A DNA stretch of 64,000 bases from a phage, in the NCBI GenBank assembly GCA_032986305.1, contig GCA_032986305.1_3672.1. One strand, written 5' to 3'. This document shows positions 11,097 to 20,894 of the stretch, one piece after another (the first letter of the stretch is position 1; each line of letters begins with the position of its first letter). The notes under the pieces are model-generated. The model was not told where the DNA came from. It saw only the letters and a program-made list of their open reading frames with translations, and searched no databases. The position numbers and the translations under genes are program-made.

Positions 11097-11109
11097 TGTG
11101 TGCTGTTTA

Positions 11110-13452
11110 TTACCAAAGATCTGTTGACATAAAGTTAATATCTTTGTTATTCTCCCACTCAAGTTTTGCATCAAGTATTTTGCTAAACTCCCCCTCATCT
11201 ATTGAAATCGTGATTTTGCCATCACTGATCTCTAAAGGTAGCATTTCCATAGTTCTTAATTGAGAAGCAAAACCAGGACCACCCGGCAACGGAAGAGTCC
11301 CTCCCGGTAAGGTGTCCAAAGGATCAACAAACCCGTTACCTCCCGATATGATATCTTTGCGAATCATATCGCTGATAGTATCCAGTTGCTGATTTCTCTC
11401 ACTCAGCGGGTTGAAACGGTCATTAAATAACTCCCCGGCACTTAATATTGTACCGATAATACCAAGCTTCCCAAGCAGGCCAACTTTACCGCCAGGTGTC
11501 TTGAGGCCACCTCCCCCTTTTCCTGCCGCACCACCACCACCAGATCCTTCTGTGGTAGCTGCACCTGCACCTGCTGCTCCAGCTGCGCCTCTTATAGAAC
11601 TAAGGAATTTGAAGGTTTTTACAAGCATAGATGCCATGACAAAACCTTTTGTCAGGGCGTTCACTACCAGCATGATGGCAGCAGCAAACCCTGCCCATTT
11701 AGCATAGCTAAAGGTGTCATTAAGCTCTTCAGAATATTCCTTCGTCTTAGCTGTTATGAATCCCCATTTAATCCCCCATTCAAGGAAAAACATGCGGATC
11801 TTGACTATGGTATTGTTTAGTTCACCAACTACCCAGTTGAGGCCTCTCATAAACCCGCTAACAAAATCACCAGAGGCATCCCACACAAATTGCAAAGTCT
11901 CACCTGTGCGAATCAGTGTATAATAGAACTCTGTTAATTCATCAGCCCAACGGGTGAACAGCTTCTGACGAGATAGTTCGATGAAGGTTTTCAGCCTGTT
12001 TTCTGCCAGTACGTTAGACTTCTGCATTCTTTCATAACCAGCTGCAGATGCCTCGTTCATGTACTTAGCCACATACTTCATGATCTTGGCTGTTTTAACC
12101 TCACCTTTCTTCATCATGTCCATGAACTGATCCATGGATAGTTCAGAAAGACCAAAAGCCTCTTTGGTGGCTTTGATAAAAGGTTCGTATGCACCAGGCA
12201 ATGCTTCAGCAAGTTGTTGCTTCAGTTCTTCGGACATTACCTGTCCTTTACCGAGCATTTGCTGGATTGCCATGATGCCACGCTGGTATTTTACCTCATC
12301 GGCACCGTAAGCAGCAGCATACTGTGAGTATGCAGAGAATAGCTCATGCACCTCTTGATTTGTCATCTGGTTTTTGGCGTTTACCGCCATCTGGGCGTAA
12401 CCTTGAAGACCAGATTTGAGATCAAAACCAAGACGCATAGCCTCTTGCTGGACAAACGCAACCTCACTGTTGGCTTTGTTTGGATCTCCAGTAACAGCAG
12501 TAAGAGCAGCACTTGCCCCCTCCATCATGTGACCAGATCTGTTCACAGCAGTAAATCCAGAGAAAGCCGTATACGCAGCTGTTGCATTAATAACAGATCT
12601 ACGTAAGTCTCTCATGGCATCGCCTAGTGTAAGCGTTTGGCTGGTGGCGCTTTTAAATCCAGACTGCAGCGCTGACAGGTGGGCGTTAAAGGTTGACTTT
12701 TTCATCTCCCCGCGAGCAAACCTGGACTCTAACTCTGAGTATCCTGGCAAGCTTCCACGGAATCCGGCTCCATACTTGGCAGAAAGTCTTATCGCAGAGT
12801 TGTAGAGGTGGGTTCTCCTTGCCTCACGATCCGACATAAGCCTATTATCCATACCAGCTTTACTGTCTCTTCTTAGCTGTCTATGATAACGATTCATAGC
12901 GGCTGTTTGAGCTTTCACAAGGTTAGGGTCGGAAGCCACACCACCCATATTAGGGTTACCTGGGATATACTTGAAAGATTTGGCATTAGCCAGAACTCTT
13001 GCCTTGGGTGCCTTATAACCGCCGTAAGACACTGGTGTAGATTTGGCAGCCTTTTTGGCCTCTTTAGCTTGCTGCTGGTAGAACTTACGCATCCTAGCCA
13101 TTTCTGGATTTTTAGCGGTAAGATTACCCACAGCTTGTTTGCGTCTCGCGTTCTCCCTACGTTCTATTGCAGCCCTTACTGCAGCCTCTTTCTTGGCTTG
13201 TGCTACGCTCTCCCTGTGCAGTTTAGCATTTGCCTGAGATTGCTGTCTGGCAACCCGTTGCATTGTTTGCTGGGTTTTAACAGCCACTGCCTGCCATCTA
13301 CTCATTGGGTTGGCTGAGTTAAAATCCTCGCCAAGTTTCCTGAACTCCCTCCCAATACTGCGAATTTTCTCTACAGCTTTTTTGTAGGAGGAGTTCTCTA
13401 TCTCAAAGCCAATCTTGTTGACTGTTGTGGCAACTATTTTGTTTGTAGCCAT
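11110..13452 (-). CDS. tail tape measure protein (780 aa)
   Basis: long ORF immediately after chaperone pair; coiled-coil-like Ala/Gln/Lys-rich N-terminal half and Gly-rich segment; canonical position. Confidence 0.7.
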   Translation of the reverse strand: MATNKIVATTVNKIGFEIENSSYKKAVEKIRSIGREFRKLGEDFNSANPMSRWQAVAVKTQQTMQRVARQQSQANAKLHRESVAQAKKEAAVRAAIERRENARRKQAVGNLTAKNPEMARMRKFYQQQAKEAKKAAKSTPVSYGGYKAPKARVLANAKSFKYIPGNPNMGGVASDPNLVKAQTAAMNRYHRQLRRDSKAGMDNRLMSDREARRTHLYNSAIRLSAKYGAGFRGSLPGYSELESRFARGEMKKSTFNAHLSALQSGFKSATSQTLTLGDAMRDLRRSVINATAAYTAFSGFTAVNRSGHMMEGASAALTAVTGDPNKANSEVAFVQQEAMRLGFDLKSGLQGYAQMAVNAKNQMTNQEVHELFSAYSQYAAAYGADEVKYQRGIMAIQQMLGKGQVMSEELKQQLAEALPGAYEPFIKATKEAFGLSELSMDQFMDMMKKGEVKTAKIMKYVAKYMNEASAAGYERMQKSNVLAENRLKTFIELSRQKLFTRWADELTEFYYTLIRTGETLQFVWDASGDFVSGFMRGLNWVVGELNNTIVKIRMFFLEWGIKWGFITAKTKEYSEELNDTFSYAKWAGFAAAIMLVVNALTKGFVMASMLVKTFKFLSSIRGAAGAAGAGAATTEGSGGGGAAGKGGGGLKTPGGKVGLLGKLGIIGTILSAGELFNDRFNPLSERNQQLDTISDMIRKDIISGGNGFVDPLDTLPGGTLPLPGGPGFASQLRTMEMLPLEISDGKITISIDEGEFSKILDAKLEWENNKDINFMSTDLW

Positions 13453-13506
13453 GCTTTCCTCATAATAAAAAGGGCCAGATCCCAGAAAAGGAATCCGGCC
13501 CTTAGA

Positions 13507-14240
13507 TTATCCTCTCCTGCGTTTAGCTTTCGCAGCAGCTGCGGCAGCCTTCTGCTCCCGCTCCATTTCCCTGTTTTGGACGGTATCTAGGAATTCTTCG
13601 ATATCAAGATACTCACAGAGCTTCAGGAAATACGCCATATCTGCAAGATTTAGCGATTCAAAATTTTCCCCTTTGAAATTCTTGAGCACCCTGCACCAAA
13701 GAAAGTCGAACCAGTTAAGTGAACTGTTCTTGGCTGCCCACTCACTGGCCCTCACAACAACCTTGCTTATTCCTGCTCTTCCGGAGTCTGATCCAGATTG
13801 TTCACCTGCTGGATCATACCCATCTGCTGTAACATCTCCAGAAGGCTTCCTAAACCGTCTTGTGTGAAAAAACAGCCGTAGTTAACCTCCAGAACCTTAC
13901 CTGCCAGCTTAATCATCTCTAGCAGATGCCCTGCAAACACAACATCAGGGTTAAGCTTATCCACACCATCCACGGTAATATCTTCGAACAAGATTTTAAA
14001 TAACTCTTCAATAGAGTTGTCATCAAGTTCTTGGAACAGGTAAGCCAGGGCTGTAGGAAGGACCTCTGCCATATTCTGACCGCCTGAGAGAATAGATCCA
14101 CCGATAGCACCTAGCGGGACAGCCACAATCTTACCGATTTTAGGCATGTTTTTCATTGCTTTCATCGGTCCCCAGTGGGTGATCACAAAGTTGTGCCCTG
14201 CTAAATCAATCTCTGTTGTAGGTCTAAAATTTATAGCCAT
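13507..14240 (-). CDS. tail assembly chaperone frameshift product (G-T-like fusion via -1 programmed frameshift)
   Basis: -1 frame is open from the heptamer TTTTTTC (reverse of 13866-13872) through ORF 13507-13755; read by hand the shifted frame continues ..FHTRRFRKPSGDVTADGYDPAGEQSGSDSGRAGISKVVVRASEW.. Confidence 0.5.
13767..14240 (-). CDS. tail assembly chaperone (G-like, 157 aa)
   Basis: ORF between tail tube and tape measure genes; overlapping -1 frame ORF downstream. Confidence 0.55.
   Translation of the reverse strand: MAINFRPTTEIDLAGHNFVITHWGPMKAMKNMPKIGKIVAVPLGAIGGSILSGGQNMAEVLPTALAYLFQELDDNSIEELFKILFEDITVDGVDKLNPDVVFAGHLLEMIKLAGKVLEVNYGCFFTQDGLGSLLEMLQQMGMIQQVNNLDQTPEEQE
13866..13872 (-). 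other. slippery heptamer U UUU UUC for -1 ribosomal frameshift
   Basis: X XXY YYZ pattern in the G reading frame (codons tgt ttt ttc). Confidence 0.45.
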
Positions 14241-14350
14241 TTTATAGCATCCTTATTAGTCATGTTGTGCACCATATTTGTGTATTTTACCATGATTATG
14301 GTGCATTGTCAATTTAACCTTTCAAGCAATTCAAGAACGTGTGTCAAAAC

Positions 14351-14384
14351 CATAAAAGCAAAAAGCCCCACCCGAAGGTGAGGC
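14351..14384 (-). terminator. intrinsic terminator after tail tube gene
   Basis: minus strand GCCTCACC-TTCG-GGTGGGGC hairpin followed by TTTTTGCTTTTAT. Confidence 0.5.
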
Positions 14385-14402
14385 TTATGCTAAAGTGTGC
14401 CC

Positions 14403-14876
14403 TTAGATAATACCTGCAAGACCTGCGAGGCCAGTAAGAGCACCAGTGATGTTATCACGGTTGAGCCATGCATCCAGAATACCGATATCCCAGTCCAATT
14501 GACCTACTTCGGTTCCGTAAGTCAGGTCAGGCTGTTTCTGGATCCAACCAATTGTGGAAATACCAGGACCCTGGCTACCTTCCAGCAGAACCGGGAAGAA
14601 TACCAGGCCAGTAATCGATGCCTGTTTCTGCCAGTCAGAAAGGTAAGCGTTCCATACAGAAGTGTTCTGCAAAGATACAGTCATAACACCAGATTGGTTA
14701 CGAGACAGGGCCGCAGACATTTCGCCATCCACACCAACGTGAGGGTAGATGTTATCTTCATTTCTTGAAACAACGATCTTGGTGTCAGCAGCGAAGCCAG
14801 TGACACGCTGCTGCATCAGGTACAGTTTGACCTTTTTAGGGTCATAAGCATAAGGAGTTAAAATTTGAGTTTCCAT
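14403..14876 (-). CDS. tail tube protein (157 aa)
   Basis: small ORF immediately downstream of the 458-aa sheath-sized gene; AAGGAAG RBS. Confidence 0.55.
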   Translation of the reverse strand: METQILTPYAYDPKKVKLYLMQQRVTGFAADTKIVVSRNEDNIYPHVGVDGEMSAALSRNQSGVMTVSLQNTSVWNAYLSDWQKQASITGLVFFPVLLEGSQGPGISTIGWIQKQPDLTYGTEVGQLDWDIGILDAWLNRDNITGALTGLAGLAGII

Positions 14877-14886
14877 CTAGTCTTCC

Positions 14887-16263
14887 TTATTCAGTCATTG
14901 CAACAGCATTGGTGGATTTAGAACCAACTTTGTCCAGAAGGACGTTGATCCGGATACGAACGAAGTGCAGGGCGTTGTTATACACCAGTTCTACTTTCAC
15001 ACCTTCCAGAACACGAGCAGCCAACTGATTGGTTGGGATCTCTGCACGTTTAGGAACTGTGATGATCGGGTCGTAGAACACATTGTTGTCTTCGTCAAAA
15101 CCTGTCAGGATCGCGCCATTCTTAATGCCAGTATTGATCGGGTTGTTCATCAGAACAGACTTGATAACCGGAAGATCATCATCAGACATCTTCATGCTTA
15201 AACCCATATTAGAGCGACGATGCATGTACCCAAACATAGATTCTTCAGATCTGAACTTGATCCAGTGTGCAAAACGAATAGCGTCTGCATACTGACCTGA
15301 AGCACACTTGCCTTCCCAGAAAGCGCCAACACCGTTAATCATTCTGTAGAAGTTAACGTGGTTTTCCCAAATCGCCATACGCTGAGTTAAAGTCAGAGAT
15401 GGTGCAATCACACCAGGCATCTGTTTTAAATGCAAGCTGTCGCCATAGGACGGATCGTTAGATGCCATAGCGCCTATGATACCACCCTCTGGAAAATCTT
15501 TATCAGCACGAGGATCGTACATGCCAACACTGTCATATTGTGCAGCCATCAGTTTGGTGGCGATGTTATTATCTTTACCCGTCACATCTTCTGCAGTAGA
15601 GTAGACATGCAGCTTGTAGTTAGCCTGAGCCCACTTAGCACATGCTTCAATGTCGGTGTGGTCTTCATGGCACAGGAAGTACCAATTGTCACGCTCAGCA
15701 TTGATCTTATCAACTACTGTAGAAGGTTTTTCAGCATTGGCGATATTTTTGATTGTATAGTTACCAGTATGGTAACCAACAGTACAGTCACCAGTGATGG
15801 TGATAACACCATCGGCAGCCTCTACAGTGATATCGTCCAAGTTATCATCTGCTTCGATCTTAGTCTTCATTGACTCTGCAATCTGAGTTGCACCTGTTCC
15901 ACCAGAGATAGGTACTATCAAAGAAGTATTGTAGCTACCTTTTGCAATAGTCATTACGACATCGGTATCAGCTGCGGCAGCAATACCTTTAAAATCTACA
16001 GTGGTCTTTTCTTTGGCCTGTCTGCCGATCATAACGTATTGTGGAGGGAATACACCACCAAAAGCTTTTGCTGCAAACTCATACGCTGCAGAGCCTTGTG
16101 CGAAACCATCTTCCACCATCTGATCCAGCTCTGCATATACGCGAGCTCGCTCAGTAAAGTTGTTGTGGATAGCGATGAACAGGGGAGTTTCGAAACCTAC
16201 AGTGTCAATAGGCTGGGTTCCGAGGTTAACTGTAACATCTACCACTTTATCTAAATATGGCAT
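14887..16263 (-). CDS. tail sheath protein (458 aa)
   Basis: size and position (before tube, chaperone, tape measure) typical of contractile-tail sheath. Confidence 0.55.
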   Translation of the reverse strand: MPYLDKVVDVTVNLGTQPIDTVGFETPLFIAIHNNFTERARVYAELDQMVEDGFAQGSAAYEFAAKAFGGVFPPQYVMIGRQAKEKTTVDFKGIAAAADTDVVMTIAKGSYNTSLIVPISGGTGATQIAESMKTKIEADDNLDDITVEAADGVITITGDCTVGYHTGNYTIKNIANAEKPSTVVDKINAERDNWYFLCHEDHTDIEACAKWAQANYKLHVYSTAEDVTGKDNNIATKLMAAQYDSVGMYDPRADKDFPEGGIIGAMASNDPSYGDSLHLKQMPGVIAPSLTLTQRMAIWENHVNFYRMINGVGAFWEGKCASGQYADAIRFAHWIKFRSEESMFGYMHRRSNMGLSMKMSDDDLPVIKSVLMNNPINTGIKNGAILTGFDEDNNVFYDPIITVPKRAEIPTNQLAARVLEGVKVELVYNNALHFVRIRINVLLDKVGSKSTNAVAMTE

Positions 16264-16335
16264 TTGTTTCCTCTTAATATCTGTGCACGGATATCAAACA
16301 CGCAGTGTAATCATTACACTACACAATTATAACGA

Positions 16336-16887
16336 TTACTGACCACTGTCTGTAACCGCTTTACCAGAATTGGGTGAAGGGAAGTGTGTGGTTATTTCAG
16401 CCTTAATTCCCTGAAGATCCTCAAAAGCCCCAATGTCTGTTTCAACAAACCTTACGTTAAATGTCAGCATCACAGTGGCTCTATTTTCATACGTCTGCTT
16501 ATTCAACGGCACTCTTTGAGGTGAGATTGTTGAATTGTTAGAGTAGGCAAAGCACGATCCCAGAGGGAAATACTTGTCATAAAACATTGGAAGGTTTATT
16601 GCTTGCAATACTCTGCTAAGTGCAGCATATGCCCTGCCACGATAAGCTGTTAGCAGATAGGTAACAGTGTAGCTGTGGGTGACATAAGCATTACCCTCTG
16701 CATCTTGAAACTCATTATCTTCCCAAGTGGTAGGATTGATCGCCAAGGTTTGTAAAAGTACAAACTCACCTTCCGGCTTCGGTATGGTAGAGCTTTCTGC
16801 CAGAACTACAGTTCTTCCTGTGGCAACCTTGACAAGCTTAGCAATGGTTGTTTCAAGATCAGAAAAAACTTTTTCGAAAGCTTCCAT
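16336..16887 (-). CDS. virion structural protein (183 aa)
   Basis: ORF between head and tail modules. Confidence 0.3.
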   Translation of the reverse strand: MEAFEKVFSDLETTIAKLVKVATGRTVVLAESSTIPKPEGEFVLLQTLAINPTTWEDNEFQDAEGNAYVTHSYTVTYLLTAYRGRAYAALSRVLQAINLPMFYDKYFPLGSCFAYSNNSTISPQRVPLNKQTYENRATVMLTFNVRFVETDIGAFEDLQGIKAEITTHFPSPNSGKAVTDSGQ

Positions 16888-17312
16888 CAGTTTTCTCCTT
16901 CAGGCTCTTCTACCACAAAAAATCTATATCTCCCACCACCAGAGGTAACATATGCATCGCATTTTAAAACGGTAAACCATTTCAAGTCACCACGGATGTC
17001 AGGAAGTTGAATTTGATCAGCCATTGCATATGTTCCTTCATCTGGACTATACAACTTGGTTGAGGAGTAAACTGTAAAAGCCTCGTACTGTCTGTCACCT
17101 TCAGGGTTTATTTGAGAGGAGTAATCTTTGGCTGCCCTTCCTGTCAACGGCTGCACAACACACTCTAAGACATCAAACTCTTCATACTCAAGTTCTAACC
17201 CCTCGTTGGCAAAAGGGCCACCAACTGTTTTGTTATACACTCTGTGGCGACCTTTGAATGTTTTACGAGGTATTAGTCTGTTCTTTCCTATCAGCTTATA
17301 ACCTGCTGCCAC
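16887..17312 (-). CDS. virion structural protein (141 aa)
   Basis: ORF; start overlaps upstream stop. Confidence 0.3.
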   Translation of the reverse strand: MAAGYKLIGKNRLIPRKTFKGRHRVYNKTVGGPFANEGLELEYEEFDVLECVVQPLTGRAAKDYSSQINPEGDRQYEAFTVYSSTKLYSPDEGTYAMADQIQLPDIRGDLKWFTVLKCDAYVTSGGGRYRFFVVEEPEGEN

Positions 17313-17328
17313 TCAACCCCCTTATTTT

Positions 17329-17799
17329 TTACTGTCCGATTTTAAAGGTTGCAGATTCAAGCAGCACATCGTAATGCCGCATAGCCTCGTTGAAGCCTTT
17401 CTCTTGTGCCCACTGCTCGCTAACAGTAGGATTACTAAACTGCCCAGCCTCAATAACAAACTGGATAGCTTTGGCCCCTGTGTCCCCCATCTGCTTAAGA
17501 ATAGCCTCTGCACTTGATCCTCTAGCCATAGCTCTCAACAATTTTTCTGTCAAGGTCTGTAGTTGAGTGCTGTGAAATGCAAAGGCTGTCTCCATGAAAT
17601 TGCGAACAGGCAGCCCGTTCCAACCGAAGTTGTGAATGGCTGCCAATGTTGCCATATTTAAGCCTGACGGGTGAGGTTCGTCATAAAAGCCGTAGGTTAT
17701 TGTTTTACTTTCAAGTCTCACAAGTTCTTTGTAGAAGCGATCTAAACGCTTTAGGTTGAACCTTGTTTGACATCTAACCTTTAGCATTATATCCCTCAC
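17329..17799 (-). CDS. head-tail connector/completion protein (156 aa, tentative)
   Basis: position only. Confidence 0.3.
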   Translation of the reverse strand: MRDIMLKVRCQTRFNLKRLDRFYKELVRLESKTITYGFYDEPHPSGLNMATLAAIHNFGWNGLPVRNFMETAFAFHSTQLQTLTEKLLRAMARGSSAEAILKQMGDTGAKAIQFVIEAGQFSNPTVSEQWAQEKGFNEAMRHYDVLLESATFKIGQ

Positions 17800-17840
17800 T
17801 AATGTATTTTACCACAAAGATACATCAAAAGCAACAATTT

Positions 17841-18461
17841 TTAAAAACTGCGTTTGCGTCTTGGGTGGCGAGGAGGTTGGTTATTTAGACCACTGATAGG
17901 TGTAATACCCTGGACATCGAACGGCCCGTTGCTGTTTTCATTAAATTTAACCCGAATTCCTTCATCTACACGAACACCACCAATGATAATCATTCTGCTG
18001 TAAGCATCTAGCTCAGAATCTACATAGTCTGGGTGTGCCAGCAGCCAATCAAGGAAATCTTTCCATTGAGCGTAGGAAGATCCGCCACGAATCTCTATGG
18101 TCTCATCACCTATTTTTTCCAGACGGGAAGTTATACTTGCATTACCGCTGGACACTTCCTGCATCATCAGCCACCGCACAAGTTGCACAAGCACATTGTA
18201 CTTAAGCAGAGGTAGCTTATCAGGATCTGCCGGATAATTTAGTTTCAACTTCTCCATGTCAAGGAATGTTTTAATTACCTCATCAGGGAGAGTTTCCTCA
18301 TCAACATTGCCGAGCAACAACCTCATAATATTAATAAGAGGTTGGTCTGGATCAGGTTCCGGAAGTACAGGATCTTCTTTTGGTGGTTCTTCTGGGGTAT
18401 CGACTACACCATTATGGTTAGGCGGGGACGGGATAATCTCTTCATCTTCATACCATGCCAT
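17841..18461 (-). CDS. virion structural protein (start at internal ATG with GAGGT RBS)
   Basis: ORF track 17841-18518; MAWYEDEE.. start has an RBS; Pro/Glu-rich N-terminal region. Confidence 0.3.
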   Translation of the reverse strand: MAWYEDEEIIPSPPNHNGVVDTPEEPPKEDPVLPEPDPDQPLINIMRLLLGNVDEETLPDEVIKTFLDMEKLKLNYPADPDKLPLLKYNVLVQLVRWLMMQEVSSGNASITSRLEKIGDETIEIRGGSSYAQWKDFLDWLLAHPDYVDSELDAYSRMIIIGGVRVDEGIRVKFNENSNGPFDVQGITPISGLNNQPPRHPRRKRSF

Positions 18462-18520
18462 TTGAAAATACCTCGTAAAAATAAAGCCCCATTCCTGATT
18501 TGGAAGGGGCCTTAACAAAA

Positions 18521-19360
18521 TTATGCCAGTGCAGCCTCAAAATCTTTCATCATATTTTGGAAAGTTTTTGCCTTACTTAAGGTAACACCGTGCTCTTTGG
18601 CGAAGGTTTGGAGTGCATCTTTTGAACCACTTTTGTCATCTTCGTTGTTAAGAGCTGCAGCCTGCTGCAGTATGGCATCAATATCATTGTGAGAAGATCT
18701 TGATTCTTGTGCCTGTTCAGGCTCCTGCTCAGCACCTCCTGGTGCAGCCGGATCTGGAGATTCCTCACCACCAGGTTCAGTAGGACCTACAGGCGGCTCC
18801 GGCTCTGGTTCAGGCGGTGGAGCTATCGTAGAGACAAGTCCAAGATTTACAACCTGAGAACGTTTCTTAGGCCACTCAATGGTGAAAGTTTGGGTATCTT
18901 CTTCATAAACAACGTTGCATTGCTCATCGTTTATGGTCACTTTTTTGGGCATCCCTTCAGGGTCCCACAGATGACCTTCTGCTACGGAAACCTTGAAAGC
19001 AGCATCTACCTCTTTAAACACCGAAGGAGTGAGTGTAATATTGACATCACCGCTTTGAAGTGTTAAAGTGCTTTCATCAAGATTTTCTGTGAAGAACAGA
19101 AGAATAACACCCATACGGATGGTTGAAATGCCTGTATCAATTGGCAGGCCTGTGTGTTTTGCAATCTTCTCGAAGAAGTCTACAATCGTTCTGCATGGAT
19201 AGTGAACACTTCCAATAACGAACTCTGTTGGTGGAAGCAGGGCTGATAAACCAACATTGATTTCTGGATTGTATTGTGCTAAAAATTGATAAAAACTTAA
19301 CTGATTGTTGAAAACTCTTAATAGAGGATCATACTCGACTGGATATACGGCTCTCTTCAC
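18521..19360 (-). CDS. virion structural protein (279 aa) with PEPEPEPP linker
   Basis: ORF directly downstream of major capsid gene terminator. Confidence 0.3.
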   Translation of the reverse strand: MKRAVYPVEYDPLLRVFNNQLSFYQFLAQYNPEINVGLSALLPPTEFVIGSVHYPCRTIVDFFEKIAKHTGLPIDTGISTIRMGVILLFFTENLDESTLTLQSGDVNITLTPSVFKEVDAAFKVSVAEGHLWDPEGMPKKVTINDEQCNVVYEEDTQTFTIEWPKKRSQVVNLGLVSTIAPPPEPEPEPPVGPTEPGGEESPDPAAPGGAEQEPEQAQESRSSHNDIDAILQQAAALNNEDDKSGSKDALQTFAKEHGVTLSKAKTFQNMMKDFEAALA

Positions 19361-19381
19361 GGGACACTCCTGTTAAACCCT

Positions 19382-19417
19382 AATAAATAAAAAAGGGGAG
19401 GGGAGAACCCCCTCCCC
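19382..19417 (-). terminator. strong intrinsic terminator after major capsid gene
   Basis: GGGGAGGGG/CCCCTCCCC stem followed on minus strand by a 6-U run. Confidence 0.6.
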
Positions 19418-19441
19418 ATATGGGATGAATCACATTAGTGA

Positions 19442-20464
19442 TTATTCACTTTTCAGAGTTACTTTAACAACCAGCTCTGGGCGGGTGTTAACTGCCAGCA
19501 TGGAAGTTTCAGATTCGATTTTCTGTTCTCTCAGGTAGGCAGAGTGTTTATACCACATATACAGCTCTTGAGCTGGGGTATTTGCATCTTCCAGAGTGTC
19601 AGCCGGAGCAAAGTGCAGCTGGAACATCTGATCGATACCCATAGGCATCAGACGAGCCTCACCGTCCGGAATGTTGCCAGAGATGTCTTCGATGAAGGTC
19701 ATACCCTTGTGTTCAAACACACGGTAAATGCTCTGTTCACCACCTGCACCCAGACGACGACGCAGCGGTTCCTGAGAAGAGCTGTAGTAGGTGTAAGCCA
19801 GCTCTACCAGCGGGTGATGAACCAGTGCTGAGAAGAATTTCGGAGAGCACAGCGCGATGATGTTATAAGCACCAGCGTTGTCACCAGCCTGCAGAGCAAT
19901 GTGCAGACGTGCATCTTCGATTACTTCCATCGGGTCCTGTGCTGCATTTTTAGGATCGATTTCGATAGATTTCTGGGAAACGCCCCACAGTTTGTAATAG
20001 TCATACTGACAGGTGGTGTCGCCAGGGGCATATGATTTACCCAGAACTGCAGCAAACAGCGCTTTTTCACGCAGAGTTTCGTGGGTCAGACGGATACGAC
20101 GAACCACACGGGTAACTACGTCCTGAACAGTTTTCGGTGCATCAGGGGTGAAGTAGCGACGGAAGTTCTGAACATCTGCAGCGGTGATGCCTTTATCCAG
20201 CGGGAAGAACGGGATGTTCAGGTTTTTGATCTGAGCACGTTCGCTACCAACGTAGTTACGTTCACCACCACGGCGACGTGCAGCAATATCACCAACCACT
20301 TCATCTGCACGTTCAATCTGTGCGATTGTTGAGGTGCCTAGATGAGTTTCAAACAGATCCATACCAGTGATCAGTCGGAATTGGCGCGGAACCAGTTCAA
20401 GAGTAGCACCTAAATCAACAATACCAAAATCATCTTTACGGGTGTTAGCCATTATTTTCTCCAA
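19442..20464 (-). CDS. major capsid protein (lambda gpE-like size, 340 aa)
   Basis: 340 aa ORF after a 124-aa decoration-like gene and scaffold; GGAGAA RBS; followed by strong terminator (high expression unit). Confidence 0.6.
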   Translation of the reverse strand: MEKIMANTRKDDFGIVDLGATLELVPRQFRLITGMDLFETHLGTSTIAQIERADEVVGDIAARRRGGERNYVGSERAQIKNLNIPFFPLDKGITAADVQNFRRYFTPDAPKTVQDVVTRVVRRIRLTHETLREKALFAAVLGKSYAPGDTTCQYDYYKLWGVSQKSIEIDPKNAAQDPMEVIEDARLHIALQAGDNAGAYNIIALCSPKFFSALVHHPLVELAYTYYSSSQEPLRRRLGAGGEQSIYRVFEHKGMTFIEDISGNIPDGEARLMPMGIDQMFQLHFAPADTLEDANTPAQELYMWYKHSAYLREQKIESETSMLAVNTRPELVVKVTLKSE

Positions 20465-20498
20465 ATAACTTTAAAATTTATTTCCCAAAGATCTAGGA

Positions 20499-20873
20499 TT
20501 ATTCCTGAACTTTGTTGCCTTTGGCTTCAAGCGCTGCCAGAACTGCTTCAGCTGCCGCTGTGCCGCCAGCAACTTTCAAATGAGCTTTAGCGAAGGTTAC
20601 ACCGCGAACAGCAACAACCAGCTTGTACTTCTCGCCAACTTTCAGCGGTTCTGCAAGATTTACACGACCAGCAGAGTCGGGCAGAAGCGCACGGTCAACC
20701 AGCACACCAAAGGTGTCTGAACCATCTTGATTAGCCAGAGTACCGGTTTTGGTAACTACTGCGCCAGCAACGTGATCAGCAGTGAGAGTGATTTCAATTT
20801 CTTTAAAGTTGAAACCTGCATCGCTAGAATCAACTTTGCCGAGCACGATATCAGAATATTGAGTGGTGATCAT
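20499..20873 (-). CDS. head decoration protein (lambda gpD-like, tentative)
   Basis: 124 aa ORF immediately upstream of capsid gene. Confidence 0.45.
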   Translation of the reverse strand: MITTQYSDIVLGKVDSSDAGFNFKEIEITLTADHVAGAVVTKTGTLANQDGSDTFGVLVDRALLPDSAGRVNLAEPLKVGEKYKLVVAVRGVTFAKAHLKVAGGTAAAEAVLAALEAKGNKVQE

Positions 20874-20894
20874 TATTTTCCCCTATTAAACAAA

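Noticed and set aside
10983-11198. 71-aa minus-strand ORF between tape measure and the next tail gene
   Set aside because: It overlaps the terminator hairpin and the 5' end of the downstream gene in another frame; no RBS
13919-14110. 63-aa ORF nested inside the tail chaperone gene
   Set aside because: Alternative-frame ORF fully inside a well-supported gene; no independent signal
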